IMG/VR virus record: IMGVR_UViG_3300029305_005063
Reading direction: 5' to 3' (one strand)
Origin: an uncultured virus (IMG/VR IMGVR_UViG_3300029305_005063)
Taxonomy: Duplodnaviria; Heunggongvirae; Uroviricota; Caudoviricetes
Length of the DNA stretch: 20,000 nucleotides
Shown here: piece after piece, positions 1 through 8,400 of the stretch
How positions within the stretch are numbered: the first letter of the stretch is position 1
How the letters are laid out: every line of letters starts with the position of its first letter
The notes under the pieces: model-generated
What the model was told of the DNA's origin: nothing
The model's database searches: none
What the model saw: the letters and a program-made list of their open reading frames with translations, nothing else
Translations under genes and position numbers: made by a program

Positions 1-3000
1 TACCTCGGAACCATTCATTGGGACCACGGCAGAAGCTTGTATGCTCGCCATGTTTGCCCTCTTTGAATCGTCCTGGCATGCGCCTGGCATAAGAAGAGTG
101 TTGACGCTCAACATGTTCTCCGGTTCAAGCTGAGCAACGTCTAGACGTTGTGTCATGCCTCTAGCAGACATCATCGTCGGATTGGCAGGCAAGATGGCGT
201 TGTAACCAGTCTTGAAGTTATCTGTCGTTGCTTCAGAGACGATGCCGATTGCGCTGTCCGTAAATCTACGGTCAGCGATCTTGAACGTCTCAACAGAGCG
301 TCCTCCTGAACCACCGTTGGTGATGTTGGAGAAACTCTTGATGTCCTCAATCGGGTTGAGTGTTGCGATGTTCTCGAACAGAGGTTCCTCCATCAGTCTC
401 TGTTTGATAGCATACGCACTGAGAGAGAACTTAGTGCTAGACCCAGGAGATTTGTTCTTGAATCCAGCATAGGCACGAGCCATCTCGTTGTAGATGAGTC
501 CTGTGATGACCTCGACCGACCTGTACCGGAAGTTAGCTTCGTTAGCTGCTTCAAGATGATCACTCGTGGTCAGAAGACTCACTGCTCTGAGAAGGAGATC
601 CCTGATGTCAGTCGGCTCACGCATCTCACGAAGAACGTCCCTCGTGATAGGATCGATGAACAGGTCGAAGAACGGATCGACTCCCTTGATGAAGTTCATC
701 GAGATCTTGCGCTGCTCGAGGAGCGAGTAGTAGATGTCCTTGTCATCCATGTCCTCAAGGAGAACGTCATCCAGATCGAATGCACTCAGACCACCGAACA
801 GAAGCGCGTTGTTACGCGGAGTCCTGTTGATGACGAGTTTACGATCCTTGAACTTGATGATGATGTCGGTAGGACGAGTATCAACCCTCTCGTTCCTCTC
901 GTACACGGAGTAATCACATCCGCAGTACTTGAGCATGTTGGTGAGACCGTACCTGTAGCCGAGCATGTGGATAAGAGGAACTCTCCTGCTGAGCCACTCG
1001 ATGTCGATGTATTCAACTGGCGGTATGAGTGTAATACCAGTCAACCACTCGATAAAATCACCGAATGCTCCATTGAAGACTTCCTCGTTCTTCTCAAGGT
1101 TCTTCACCACGATGAGTCCAGTTACATCAATGAAGAAATGCTCTTCTCCACGGTAACCGAACCAGAAGGACTTGTCCATCTCCTCAGCCTGGATGTCAGC
1201 TGTAGCATCCTTGGGGAACTGCTCTGCTCTGTGTTCATAGTCGAACACAAGCTTGCCACCTTTGAACTCAAGTGCCTTGTACTTCTTGCCGAGTTCCGTG
1301 ATTTCGAACGGAATAGCATGAAGCTTGTATCTACACACACCGTGAACAGGCGTAAATTGGAATCCTCCCTTGGCGATCTTGAACATGGCTTTCTTGGAGA
1401 ACCAGTCGATGAAGCTGTGCGCTGCATTCTGGTTGCGTTCAAGAAGAGCCTTGTTGTAGTTCGAGTTGAGAGTGACACGAGTGTCGGAGACCTTGCAGAT
1501 AGGTTTGCTGACACGCTGGATGCGCATCGCTTTGAGAACACCGTTGATCTTGGCACGACCCATCTTGTCCACCTTGGGGACAGGTATCCTCAGAGTGAAG
1601 TTCTTGTGGTTCGTGTCTTCATACGTGACGGTGTAGGTAGTCCAGGCATTAAGCTCGTCGACAGTGTCTTCCTGCTTGATGTCCTTGAGGAACATTCCCT
1701 GCTTGTTGAACGAAGTGAAGATGTTCGCAAGATCGGAAGTCATCGTCTGTTCGACGTACGTCTTGTTCAGAACAGACGTTGTGCTCTCAGTAGCTTCAGG
1801 AGTAAGTGTTCCGTTGTCAACCGCAGCTGTCTTGACATTGTCAGGTTTAAGAGAGCCAGCATTACCAGCAGTCATCACTTTGTCAAGCTTAACACCGTTG
1901 ATCTCAGTCTGCTTGTAAGCCTGTGAAAGCTTCTCAACGTGTTCACGTTGTGCCTTCGTTGTTGTAGAAGGCAACTGCTTGATGATGTTAGAGATGTCAT
2001 CGAGCTGAAGAAGGTCAAGCTCTGCTGTCTCTTTGATCTCCTGCTGAGTTCTAGGAGGAGTGAAATTGCAGATGTTACCAAGCTCAAGCTGAAGCTCGTC
2101 GATAGCAACAACAGACTCAGGAGCCATCGGAGTCTCATTCGTTGCACTGTCATTGAGCGCACCGAACTCAGACGTTCTCACCAGAGTGTTGATCTGGTTG
2201 ATGACGCGAAGCAATCCGGTGTTACCGGCGTTGTTGAGTTCCTTGACGTCACGAAGGTTGTAGCAGACGTAGTTGCTGCCGACTGTGAAGAGAAGATTGA
2301 CTTTCTCCAGCATGTGGACAGGGAGGAACTCGAAGATGGTTAGCTTGTAAGGATTCTCACCGTCCTTGAGACCTTCCATACCGCACAGGTCAGGAGCACA
2401 TTCGCCCATGTAGTTGGAGATGCCTTGGAGGAAGTCAGCATCAGAGAGATCTCCGAGACCAGGTTCAGGCTTGAGCTCAGGGATGCTGATATCAGCATCA
2501 TGCATAGCCTCCATCGAGAATTCGTCCTTCTCATCCCCCTCAGCATCCTTCTCGATCTCTGGGAGTTTGCCACGAGGAGGAAGAGTCATCTTCTTAGCAA
2601 GCAGTCCGTAGAAGTGAGCAAGGAACAAGTAGGAAGGACGCTCGTAGTAGATCGTCGCAAGCTTGTTGTACTGCTTGAAGATCCTGAGGAAGTCCTTCTT
2701 CTCGTAGACGAAATTCTCCAGCGGAATGTGTATGAAATGCTGCCTGTCGGGAGCTTCCATGATCTTGTTCAGAACAACTGCCCAGAGGAAGTTGAAGAAC
2801 CTGACTTTGCGGCGCTGACCGAGAACTCGCATGCGGAAAAGCGGGTTGTAGTTGACAACTCCCATCGTTCCGTTACGAACAGGGATGTCCAGCATCTTGT
2901 CGCAGCGCTTGACAAGCGGCATCATCTCCTTGATGTATTTCATCAGGTTGGAGTGAACAGCTCCACTAACAAGAACCATCTTGTCCTTGTAGATCGGTGC

Positions 3001-3249
3001 GCAATCGCTGGACTTGTGCTCAGGCCAGTTGACGACGGAATGCATGAACTTGTAGAATCTGTTCATGTGCATGAAGTGATTGCCCTTCCTTGGGCCATAC
3101 TCCACACGACCGTCCATCGGGAAGTTATCCAAGATGTGGATGATGGAACCATAGGGAAGCTCTGTCAGATCTGACAGGCTTTTCGTGCCCGTCAGAAGAG
3201 ACACCTTCCACATCATCGATTCCCGACGAAATCGTTCCCATCTAAGCAT
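1..3249 (-). CDS. Virion-packaged multisubunit RNA polymerase beta subunit, phiKZ gp178-like; over 1083 aa, 3' end runs off the left edge
   Basis: Not in the ORF track. ATG at 3249 follows the RBS GAAAGGAAACTATC. Hand translation of large parts of the frame found no stop, and the motifs are all in one frame: MLRWERFRRE...LPYGSIIH...VVNYNPL...QHFIHIPL, PICKVSDTRVTLNSNYNK, FRYRSVEVITGLIYNEM, NPIEDIK...GGSGGRS...IGIVSEATTD and PGACQDDSKRANMASIQ (cf. bacterial beta DDANRALMGANMQ). Confidence 0.93.
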   Translation of the reverse strand, partial: MLRWERFRRESMMWKVSLLTGTKSLSDLTELPYGSIIHILDNFPMDGRVEYGPRKGNHFMHMNRFYKFMHSVVNWPEHKSSDCAPIYKDKMVLVSGAVHSNLMKYIKEMMPLVKRCDKMLDIPVRNGTMGVVNYNPLFRMRVLGQRRKVRFFNFLWAVVLNKIMEAPDRQHFIHIPLENFVYEKKDFLRIFKQYNKLATIYYERPSYLFLAHFYGLLAKKMTLPPRGKLPEIEKDAEGDEKDEFSMEAMHDADISIPELKPEPGLGDLSDADFLQGISNYMGECAPDLCGMEGLKDGENPYKLTIFEFLPVHMLEKVNLLFTVGSNYVCYNLRDVKELNNAGNTGLLRVINQINTLVRTSEFGALNDSATNETPMAPESVVAIDELQLELGNICNFTPPRTQQEIKETAELDLLQLDDISNIIKQLPSTTTKAQREHVEKLSQAYKQTEINGVKLDKVMTAGNAGSLKPDNVKTAAVDNGTLTPEATESTTSVLNKTYVEQTMTSDLANIFTSFNKQGMFLKDIKQEDTVDELNAWTTYTVTYEDTNHKNFTLRIPVPKVDKMGRAKINGVLKAMRIQRVSKPICKVSDTRVTLNSNYNKALLERNQNAAHSFIDWFSKKAMFKIAKGGFQFTPVHGVCRYKLHAIPFEITELGKKYKALEFKGGKLVFDYEHRAEQFPKDATADIQAEEMDKSFWFGYRGEEHFFIDVTGLIVVKNLEKNEEVFNGAFGDFIEWLTGITLIPPVEYIDIEWLSRRVPLIHMLGYRYGLTNMLKYCGCDYSVYERNERVDTRPTDIIIKFKDRKLVINRTPRNNALLFGGLSAFDLDDVLLEDMDDKDIYYSLLEQRKISMNFIKGVDPFFDLFIDPITRDVLREMREPTDIRDLLLRAVSLLTTSDHLEAANEANFRYRSVEVITGLIYNEMARAYAGFKNKSPGSSTKFSLSAYAIKQRLMEEPLFENIATLNPIEDIKSFSNITNGGSGGRSVETFKIADRRFTDSAIGIVSEATTDNFKTGYNAILPANPTMMSARGMTQRLDVAQLEPENMLSVNTLLMPGACQDDSKRANMASIQASAVVPMNGSEV

Positions 3250-3275
3250 GATAGTTTCCTTTCAAAACTTCAAAT

Positions 3276-3288
3276 AATCATAGGATGT
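3276..3288 (-). promoter_or_regulatory. Putative late promoter (ACATCCTATGATT, TATG core) for the vRNAP beta gene
   Basis: Matches the motif at 4612-4624 at 11 of 13 positions and lies about 30 nt upstream of the ATG at 3249. TATG is the known phiKZ late-promoter core. Confidence 0.55.
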
Positions 3289-3367
3289 TGCCGCTACAGA
3301 AGAAGATATAATAGTAGAATTTTCGTCTATTATCTGTATCGAAATCTCAAATTAAGTAGGTTCAACT

Positions 3368-3985
3368 ATGCAGAAGACATTCGATCAAAACACAGTCAGG
3401 CGGAGCGTATCACTGATCGTTCCGATCATCCTTGAGGCTATTGCCCACAATAGGAAAAAGGGAATACCGGACGACGTCAGACAGTATCTGCCTAAGTACA
3501 TTCTGACAGGTGTCGACAGCTCTTCCGTTCCTCCGTATTTCACTCCGGTCAATTTGAAAGATACTGGCAAGAGAAGACTCTACGTCAACTCTGCTGGTCA
3601 CATCATCAGGTATCTCACCAGGAAGAACCTCAGGTCGGTGTACTTCGAACTCAAAGCAACGACTCCTGCTACATCTGAGAAAGCATTCTATTCGTGCTTC
3701 GCAGATCGCTGGGTTATCATCAGTGGTTCTGGTCACAAGACACTGAGCGGATGGAACGAGTTCATCAACAGCATTCTCTACATCGAATCGAGACCTTCCA
3801 AGGACAATCACCCTCCATGTGGTGTAGGAAAATTCACTTGCATCGAAGACATCATCGACAGATGTCAAGGGGCTTTCCGTCCCGATTTTATGCGGCCTGG
3901 AGCTCGTAGCGTAACTGTTAAGCTTAGCAGTTACGAGCTTACGCTGCCTGAAACTGGAGACGAAAAACATGATACGAGCATTTGA
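3368..3985 (+). CDS. Hypothetical protein, 205 aa
   Basis: ATG follows AGTAGG in an AT-rich intergenic region. Codon usage resembles neighbouring genes. Overlaps the next ORF by 17 nt. No recognisable domain. Confidence 0.75.
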   Translation: MQKTFDQNTVRRSVSLIVPIILEAIAHNRKKGIPDDVRQYLPKYILTGVDSSSVPPYFTPVNLKDTGKRRLYVNSAGHIIRYLTRKNLRSVYFELKATTPATSEKAFYSCFADRWVIISGSGHKTLSGWNEFINSILYIESRPSKDNHPPCGVGKFTCIEDIIDRCQGAFRPDFMRPGARSVTVKLSSYELTLPETGDEKHDTSI

Positions 3986-4559
3986 CGTCGAGCTGTTCTT
4001 CAGGTCATATCCGGATTTCGTTGGTGAGAACTTCTCACCTAGACAGATGTGGGAGTACAAGAACAACACCAAGAGTTGGCTGAACACTCTCCCGATCAAC
4101 GAATACGCGTATGTTCTGATGGCGTACACAGCTCATCACAACGGTGGTGAACCGACGCAGTATGTCAAGATCCTCTACAACCAGATGCTGCTTCCTGTTG
4201 TTACAAGCTATCTCAAGCAGCTTGCTCACTACAGGTTCATGCGTGCTGTTGAGATGAGGAAGTACTTTTCCTGGAGGAAGATAGCTCCTGCAGAAGGACA
4301 CGTGACCATGAAGACGAAGTTCGGCATGTGCACGTGCAAGACCAAGTGTCTGCTTCGCAAGATATGCGATGACTATCGCTGGCTCAAGGGTCGACCTGAA
4401 ACTGATCCAAAAGTCCAGGGAGTTATCCAGGTTATCAAAGAACTGACTGAGATCTGTGACGAGGGTCTTGAGAAATGGTCGGACATCTACGACCGGAAGA
4501 TCTTTGAACTGGATATCAGAACAGACGACACTCCGTCGATTTCCGAACCAAACGGCTGA
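3969..4559 (+). CDS. Hypothetical protein, 196 aa, with a Cys cluster (CTCKTKCLLRKIC)
   Basis: GGAGA RBS 8 nt before the ATG, coupled to the upstream ORF and followed by a strong hairpin. Confidence 0.8.
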   Translation: MIRAFDVELFFRSYPDFVGENFSPRQMWEYKNNTKSWLNTLPINEYAYVLMAYTAHHNGGEPTQYVKILYNQMLLPVVTSYLKQLAHYRFMRAVEMRKYFSWRKIAPAEGHVTMKTKFGMCTCKTKCLLRKICDDYRWLKGRPETDPKVQGVIQVIKELTEICDEGLEKWSDIYDRKIFELDIRTDDTPSISEPNG

Positions 4560-4572
4560 AGACAGAAAAGAA

Positions 4573-4608
4573 CCTCCTAGTACTAGTATTTATACTAGTA
4601 CTAGGAGG
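4573..4608. terminator. Perfect 17-bp inverted repeat (CCTCCTAGTACTAGTAT-TT-ATACTAGTACTAGGAGG); probable terminator or regulatory hairpin
   Basis: Read directly, 13 nt after the stop at 4559. The adjacent T-tract (TTCTTTTC) is on the minus strand; on the plus strand TTTT is 6 nt away. Confidence 0.65.
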
Positions 4609-4611
4609 GAC

Positions 4612-4624
4612 ACATTTTATGATT
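4612..4624 (+). promoter_or_regulatory. Putative late promoter (ACATTTTATGATT, TATG core) for the structural block
   Basis: Near-identical to the motif at 3276-3288 and upstream of the AAGGAG RBS of the gene at 4671. Confidence 0.55.
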
Positions 4625-4670
4625 GATTTTTGGTCTAAATCCGCCAAATTTACTAAGGAGATTATCCATC

Positions 4671-5459
4671 ATGGCTGATGCAGAGGACGCAGAACTTCGC
4701 CGCCTTATGGATAAGGCGGGTGAAGCTATTATCAACCCACTGAGAGAACCCATCCGAGAGATCTACATCGAAACAGATCTACTGTACGATTATCGTCTCG
4801 GTGCTCTCATGCTCAAACTCAAGAATGAAGATGAGTTCAGCTACGTGAAGGAACGGATCCCTGCCTACGAGAAAGGTCCGCTTCCTACTATCACGTCGTA
4901 CTTTCCCAAGCTTAACATCACAGAGGAAGAGTTGGATCTTCTTGAAGGTGATCCCGTGTTCGAGAAGTATCTCCACGTGGCAGCTCCTGCCACGCAGTTC
5001 TTGATGGACTTGCCCAACCTCATTGTGAGAGTCAACACATTCAACAGCAACAAGCTTGATCCCCCTCCACTCACGGTTCATCTCAACCAGCGTAAACACA
5101 TCATGCCTCCTCACATCAGGAAGCGACTTCTTGATGCGATCGCTGTTCAGGATAACCACGCCAAGATCATCTTCGATAACTTCGAAACTTGGTCTGATGT
5201 TCCGGAGGATCTGTTCAAGCGCTGCAGGATGTTGTTCATCTACGACCTGATAGATTTCTGCAGACTAGGTGGTGTGCCAGCGAGATTCATGCACGATATG
5301 CAAGTGAATGACAAGACTCTTGTTGCCAACTTCATGACGGAAGGTGGATTCCCTGATGAGAAGACACATCTCGATGCCATCACTAAATTCTGCGCAGTTA
5401 TGTCTGCATTGTTCGGTAATTTCCAGTTTATGACAAAAGCTGTACTCATCGAAAGGTAG
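4671..5459 (+). CDS. Jumbo-phage hypothetical protein, 262 aa, possibly a degenerate HAD-like fold
   Basis: Start moved from 4623 to the ATG at 4671, which follows TAAGGAG. IYIETDLLYDYRLGAL resembles an 'IYxxLDxLLDTRLGTL'-type motif recalled from phiKZ-like phage proteins; LFIYD lies later in the protein. Confidence 0.85.
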   Translation: MADAEDAELRRLMDKAGEAIINPLREPIREIYIETDLLYDYRLGALMLKLKNEDEFSYVKERIPAYEKGPLPTITSYFPKLNITEEELDLLEGDPVFEKYLHVAAPATQFLMDLPNLIVRVNTFNSNKLDPPPLTVHLNQRKHIMPPHIRKRLLDAIAVQDNHAKIIFDNFETWSDVPEDLFKRCRMLFIYDLIDFCRLGGVPARFMHDMQVNDKTLVANFMTEGGFPDEKTHLDAITKFCAVMSALFGNFQFMTKAVLIER

Positions 5460-5466
5460 CTGATTT

Positions 5467-8400
5467 ATGGCGAAATCCGATAAGAACCGCGAAAGGGATA
5501 GAGAGCTCGATACCGAGATCGACATGGAGGAAATGGACGATCTCACTCTCGAAGATCCTTGGGGCGGTGAATCGTCTACTGACGATACTGGTGGACGAAA
5601 ACCAGCGAATCCATCTCGACGCATACTGACTGAAGGCGTTAAGGGCATGGCCGAAGGAGCCATGGAGACAGTTGGTACCGAACTCGAACGCAACATGCCG
5701 AACCTTGGTGTTGTTGCTTCCGAGGTTAAAGGCACCTACGAGGACATCCTCGAAGTTAAGGATGAGATCTCCAAGCAGCTCCAGCCGCTTACGCTCTCCA
5801 TGGAGAAGACCGCACGTAAGATCCTCCCTCGTGCGGAGAAACTTCTCCCGAAGTCTTGGTACCAAAAGATCAAGACGACGCTCGATCGTCGTGAAGATGA
5901 GCGTCGCGCTGCATCTGGTGCTCCTTCGAGGTCAGTTGAGTCTGAGCGCGCCGATTTGATTTCTAGCGAGCTTGCTGCTGTATTCCAGCAGCAGCTTGAG
6001 ATGAACCAGCACAACGAGCTCGAAGAGAAGAAACGCGAGCTCATGGATCGTGCGGTTTCGTCGACTCAGCATCGTGACGACCAGCATGCGTACGCTCGCA
6101 TTTACGACTCCGTACGCTCGATAGAGCTGTCGCATCGTACGCACATGCTTGCGTACATGAAGAAGAGCTTGGAACTCAAGTACAAGCATCTCTTCATTGC
6201 CCAGGACACTTTCAACTTGCTGTCTCGCACAGCGTCCGTCTATGAAGGTTACCTGCAGGGTATAGTCAAGAACACCAGCCTGCCTGATGTGATGAAGACG
6301 AATATGTCTGACTACATCAGGAAGTCTCGTACCGACAAGTACGGTACGATGATGGCTGACTTCATGTCTAATGCCCGCAAGATCTTCTTCGATCGTGTCA
6401 AGTCCTCCATCAAGAACCTCGGAAGCAATCTCCAGTTCGCCATGTCTGGTATCGACCAGACGATGGAAGGCATCGACATGGCGAACGAGATGGGCGAGAT
6501 GACTGGCGACAGCAATGCTGGAACTGCCATGGCAGCCCGCATGGGTGGCGGACTTCTCGGAAGCCTCCTTGCTGCTGGTCCTACTCGTCGCCTGCTCCAG
6601 AAGTTCGCTCCGTGGACGAGAACCATCAACGGTAAACTCGGCAACGTTAAGACCCGTGCTTACATGGGCCTCGACAAGAAGAGAGCCGAGTGGTCACAGT
6701 CTGGTAACTTCTTCAAGGAACTTATTGCTGACTTCCTTCCGTCCATCAACACAGGTGTAACTGGTTCCAACGACCTCCTCACTAAAGGTGAGGACGCTGC
6801 TGCGTTCGATAAGATCACGCGCCAGTCGATCGTTGAAATCATCCCTGGATACTTGGGCAAGATCTGGCACGAGATCGCCATGCTCCGCACGGGGCGTGAT
6901 GATATCGAGGAGCAGGGATTCAACCTGCATCGTCGTAGGTTCACTACGGTAAGCCAGATCCAGGAAGACATCTTCAATGATGAACGCATGTTCGGTGGTA
7001 AGGGCATACAGACACAGGCTGTGTCCAGGGCTCTCGCTACCGTTCGTCGTGGTATCAAGCACAAGTCTCCTGATGAGAACGCCGAGAATGTTCTTAAGGG
7101 CAAAGAAGACGTTCTGTCCAAGATCATCGCCAACCACGTTCAGTGGCGCGAGCATTTTGATCCTGACACTCTGAGTCAGTTCGCAGCTGCTCCTAACAGC
7201 GAACGCTTCGCTCGCAACTCTTACATCCAGAAAATCAGCAAGGGTATCAACCTTAGGGATTTCGTCGTTGTTACGAGGGCTATCGCAAGAGGTCTCACTG
7301 ACAAGGACGGCAAGCTCAATACTGATCTGTGCAGGAACTTCGACAACGCCATACTCGACGCATGGCAACAGGCTGACTCGTACCTCAAGACGACTCCGTA
7401 CTTCACGGAAGCGATGGGTATGCGTCGGTTCATGGCTGACGTCGATGAAGTGTCTGTTCTCGAGGATGTTCTCGATGAGAACGGTAAGGTTGTTGGACAG
7501 GCGAAGAAGATCATCCAGAAAGGCCGTCGTGGCCTGATAGGCGACAGCAACAAGATCAATCGCGACCTTGTCGGTGAGCGCATGTCCAGATTTGAGTCTG
7601 GAGATGTTGCTGCTTACGAACAGGGCTACGACCGCGATCTCCAGGGTTATCTGTCTGATCTCGATTATGTCCGCACTCGTCTCCACGAGATGAAGGATGA
7701 TCTCAAGAAGTCGAGGACTTACAAGAGCGCTGTTGATTTCTGGACTGCTGCTTCTGCTCCGTTCAAGACTCCTGGTGTTCCTACACCTGGAGCTCCTGGT
7801 GCGGCCGGTGCAACTCCTAAGGACGTCGTTCCTGGTGCTGAAGGTAGTCCTGATTTCATGGGGCCGATGCCGTTTGACAAACTCCCCAAGAGCCAACAGG
7901 TCGAATTCCTTCTCCGTAGAGGTGACTATCGAGGCGCTGCTGCAGCTGGCCTCAAGGGTGCTGCAGGCTCTGTCGTCGATTTCGCTAAGAAGGCTGGTAC
8001 TGCCGTCAACAATGTGTCTGGAGTTGCAGCCGCTAAGGTTGGAGCTTCGGGTACTCTGAGGTCGTGGGCTAAGGATACTTGGAACTGGGTTGACAAGAAG
8101 CTTGATTCTCTTCCTCAGTCTCCTGAGGAGGTTGAAGCTTGCATCGACAATCTTGGTGATCAGTGCGCTTCTCTCTGGAAGAAAACTCCTAAGGATCGTA
8201 AGGCAGCTCTCAAGAGACTCCGTCAGCTTGAGAAGAAGCTTCGTAAACGCTTCCCTAAACAGGCAGCGTTCATCGACGCTAAGATCAAGCAGATGGAGGA
8301 GTACGAGAAGGCTATTGAAGATTCTCGTGTCGGCAAGTTCGTCAAGGCTACTGGAAAGTATGCCAAGAAGAAAGCTGATCCTTACGTCGAGAAGGTTTCG

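Noticed and set aside
556..3174. Long plus-strand ORFs (456, 134 and 249 aa)
   Set aside because: They are antisense shadows of the vRNAP beta gene. The sense strand rarely uses TTA, CTA or TCA codons, so the mirror frame lacks stops, and the translations are V/L/D-biased with no motifs.
1..3249. Intein or intron in the RNAP subunit, or a bacterial rpoB
   Set aside because: I saw no intein splice or LAGLIDADG motifs and no frame break in the parts translated. The long phage-type N-terminus and the virion-gene context argue against cellular rpoB.
3288..3312. Sigma70-like promoter TTGCCG...TATAAT
   Set aside because: The spacer is only 13 nt, too short for a canonical sigma70 promoter.
3410..4129. 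239-aa minus-strand ORF
   Set aside because: It overlaps two plus-strand genes that have RBSs and translational coupling, and has no independent support.
5457..5459. Possible stop-codon reassignment (TAG), as seen in some large phages
   Set aside because: Genes are long and intact under code 11. TAA, TGA and TAG all end genes at sensible boundaries.
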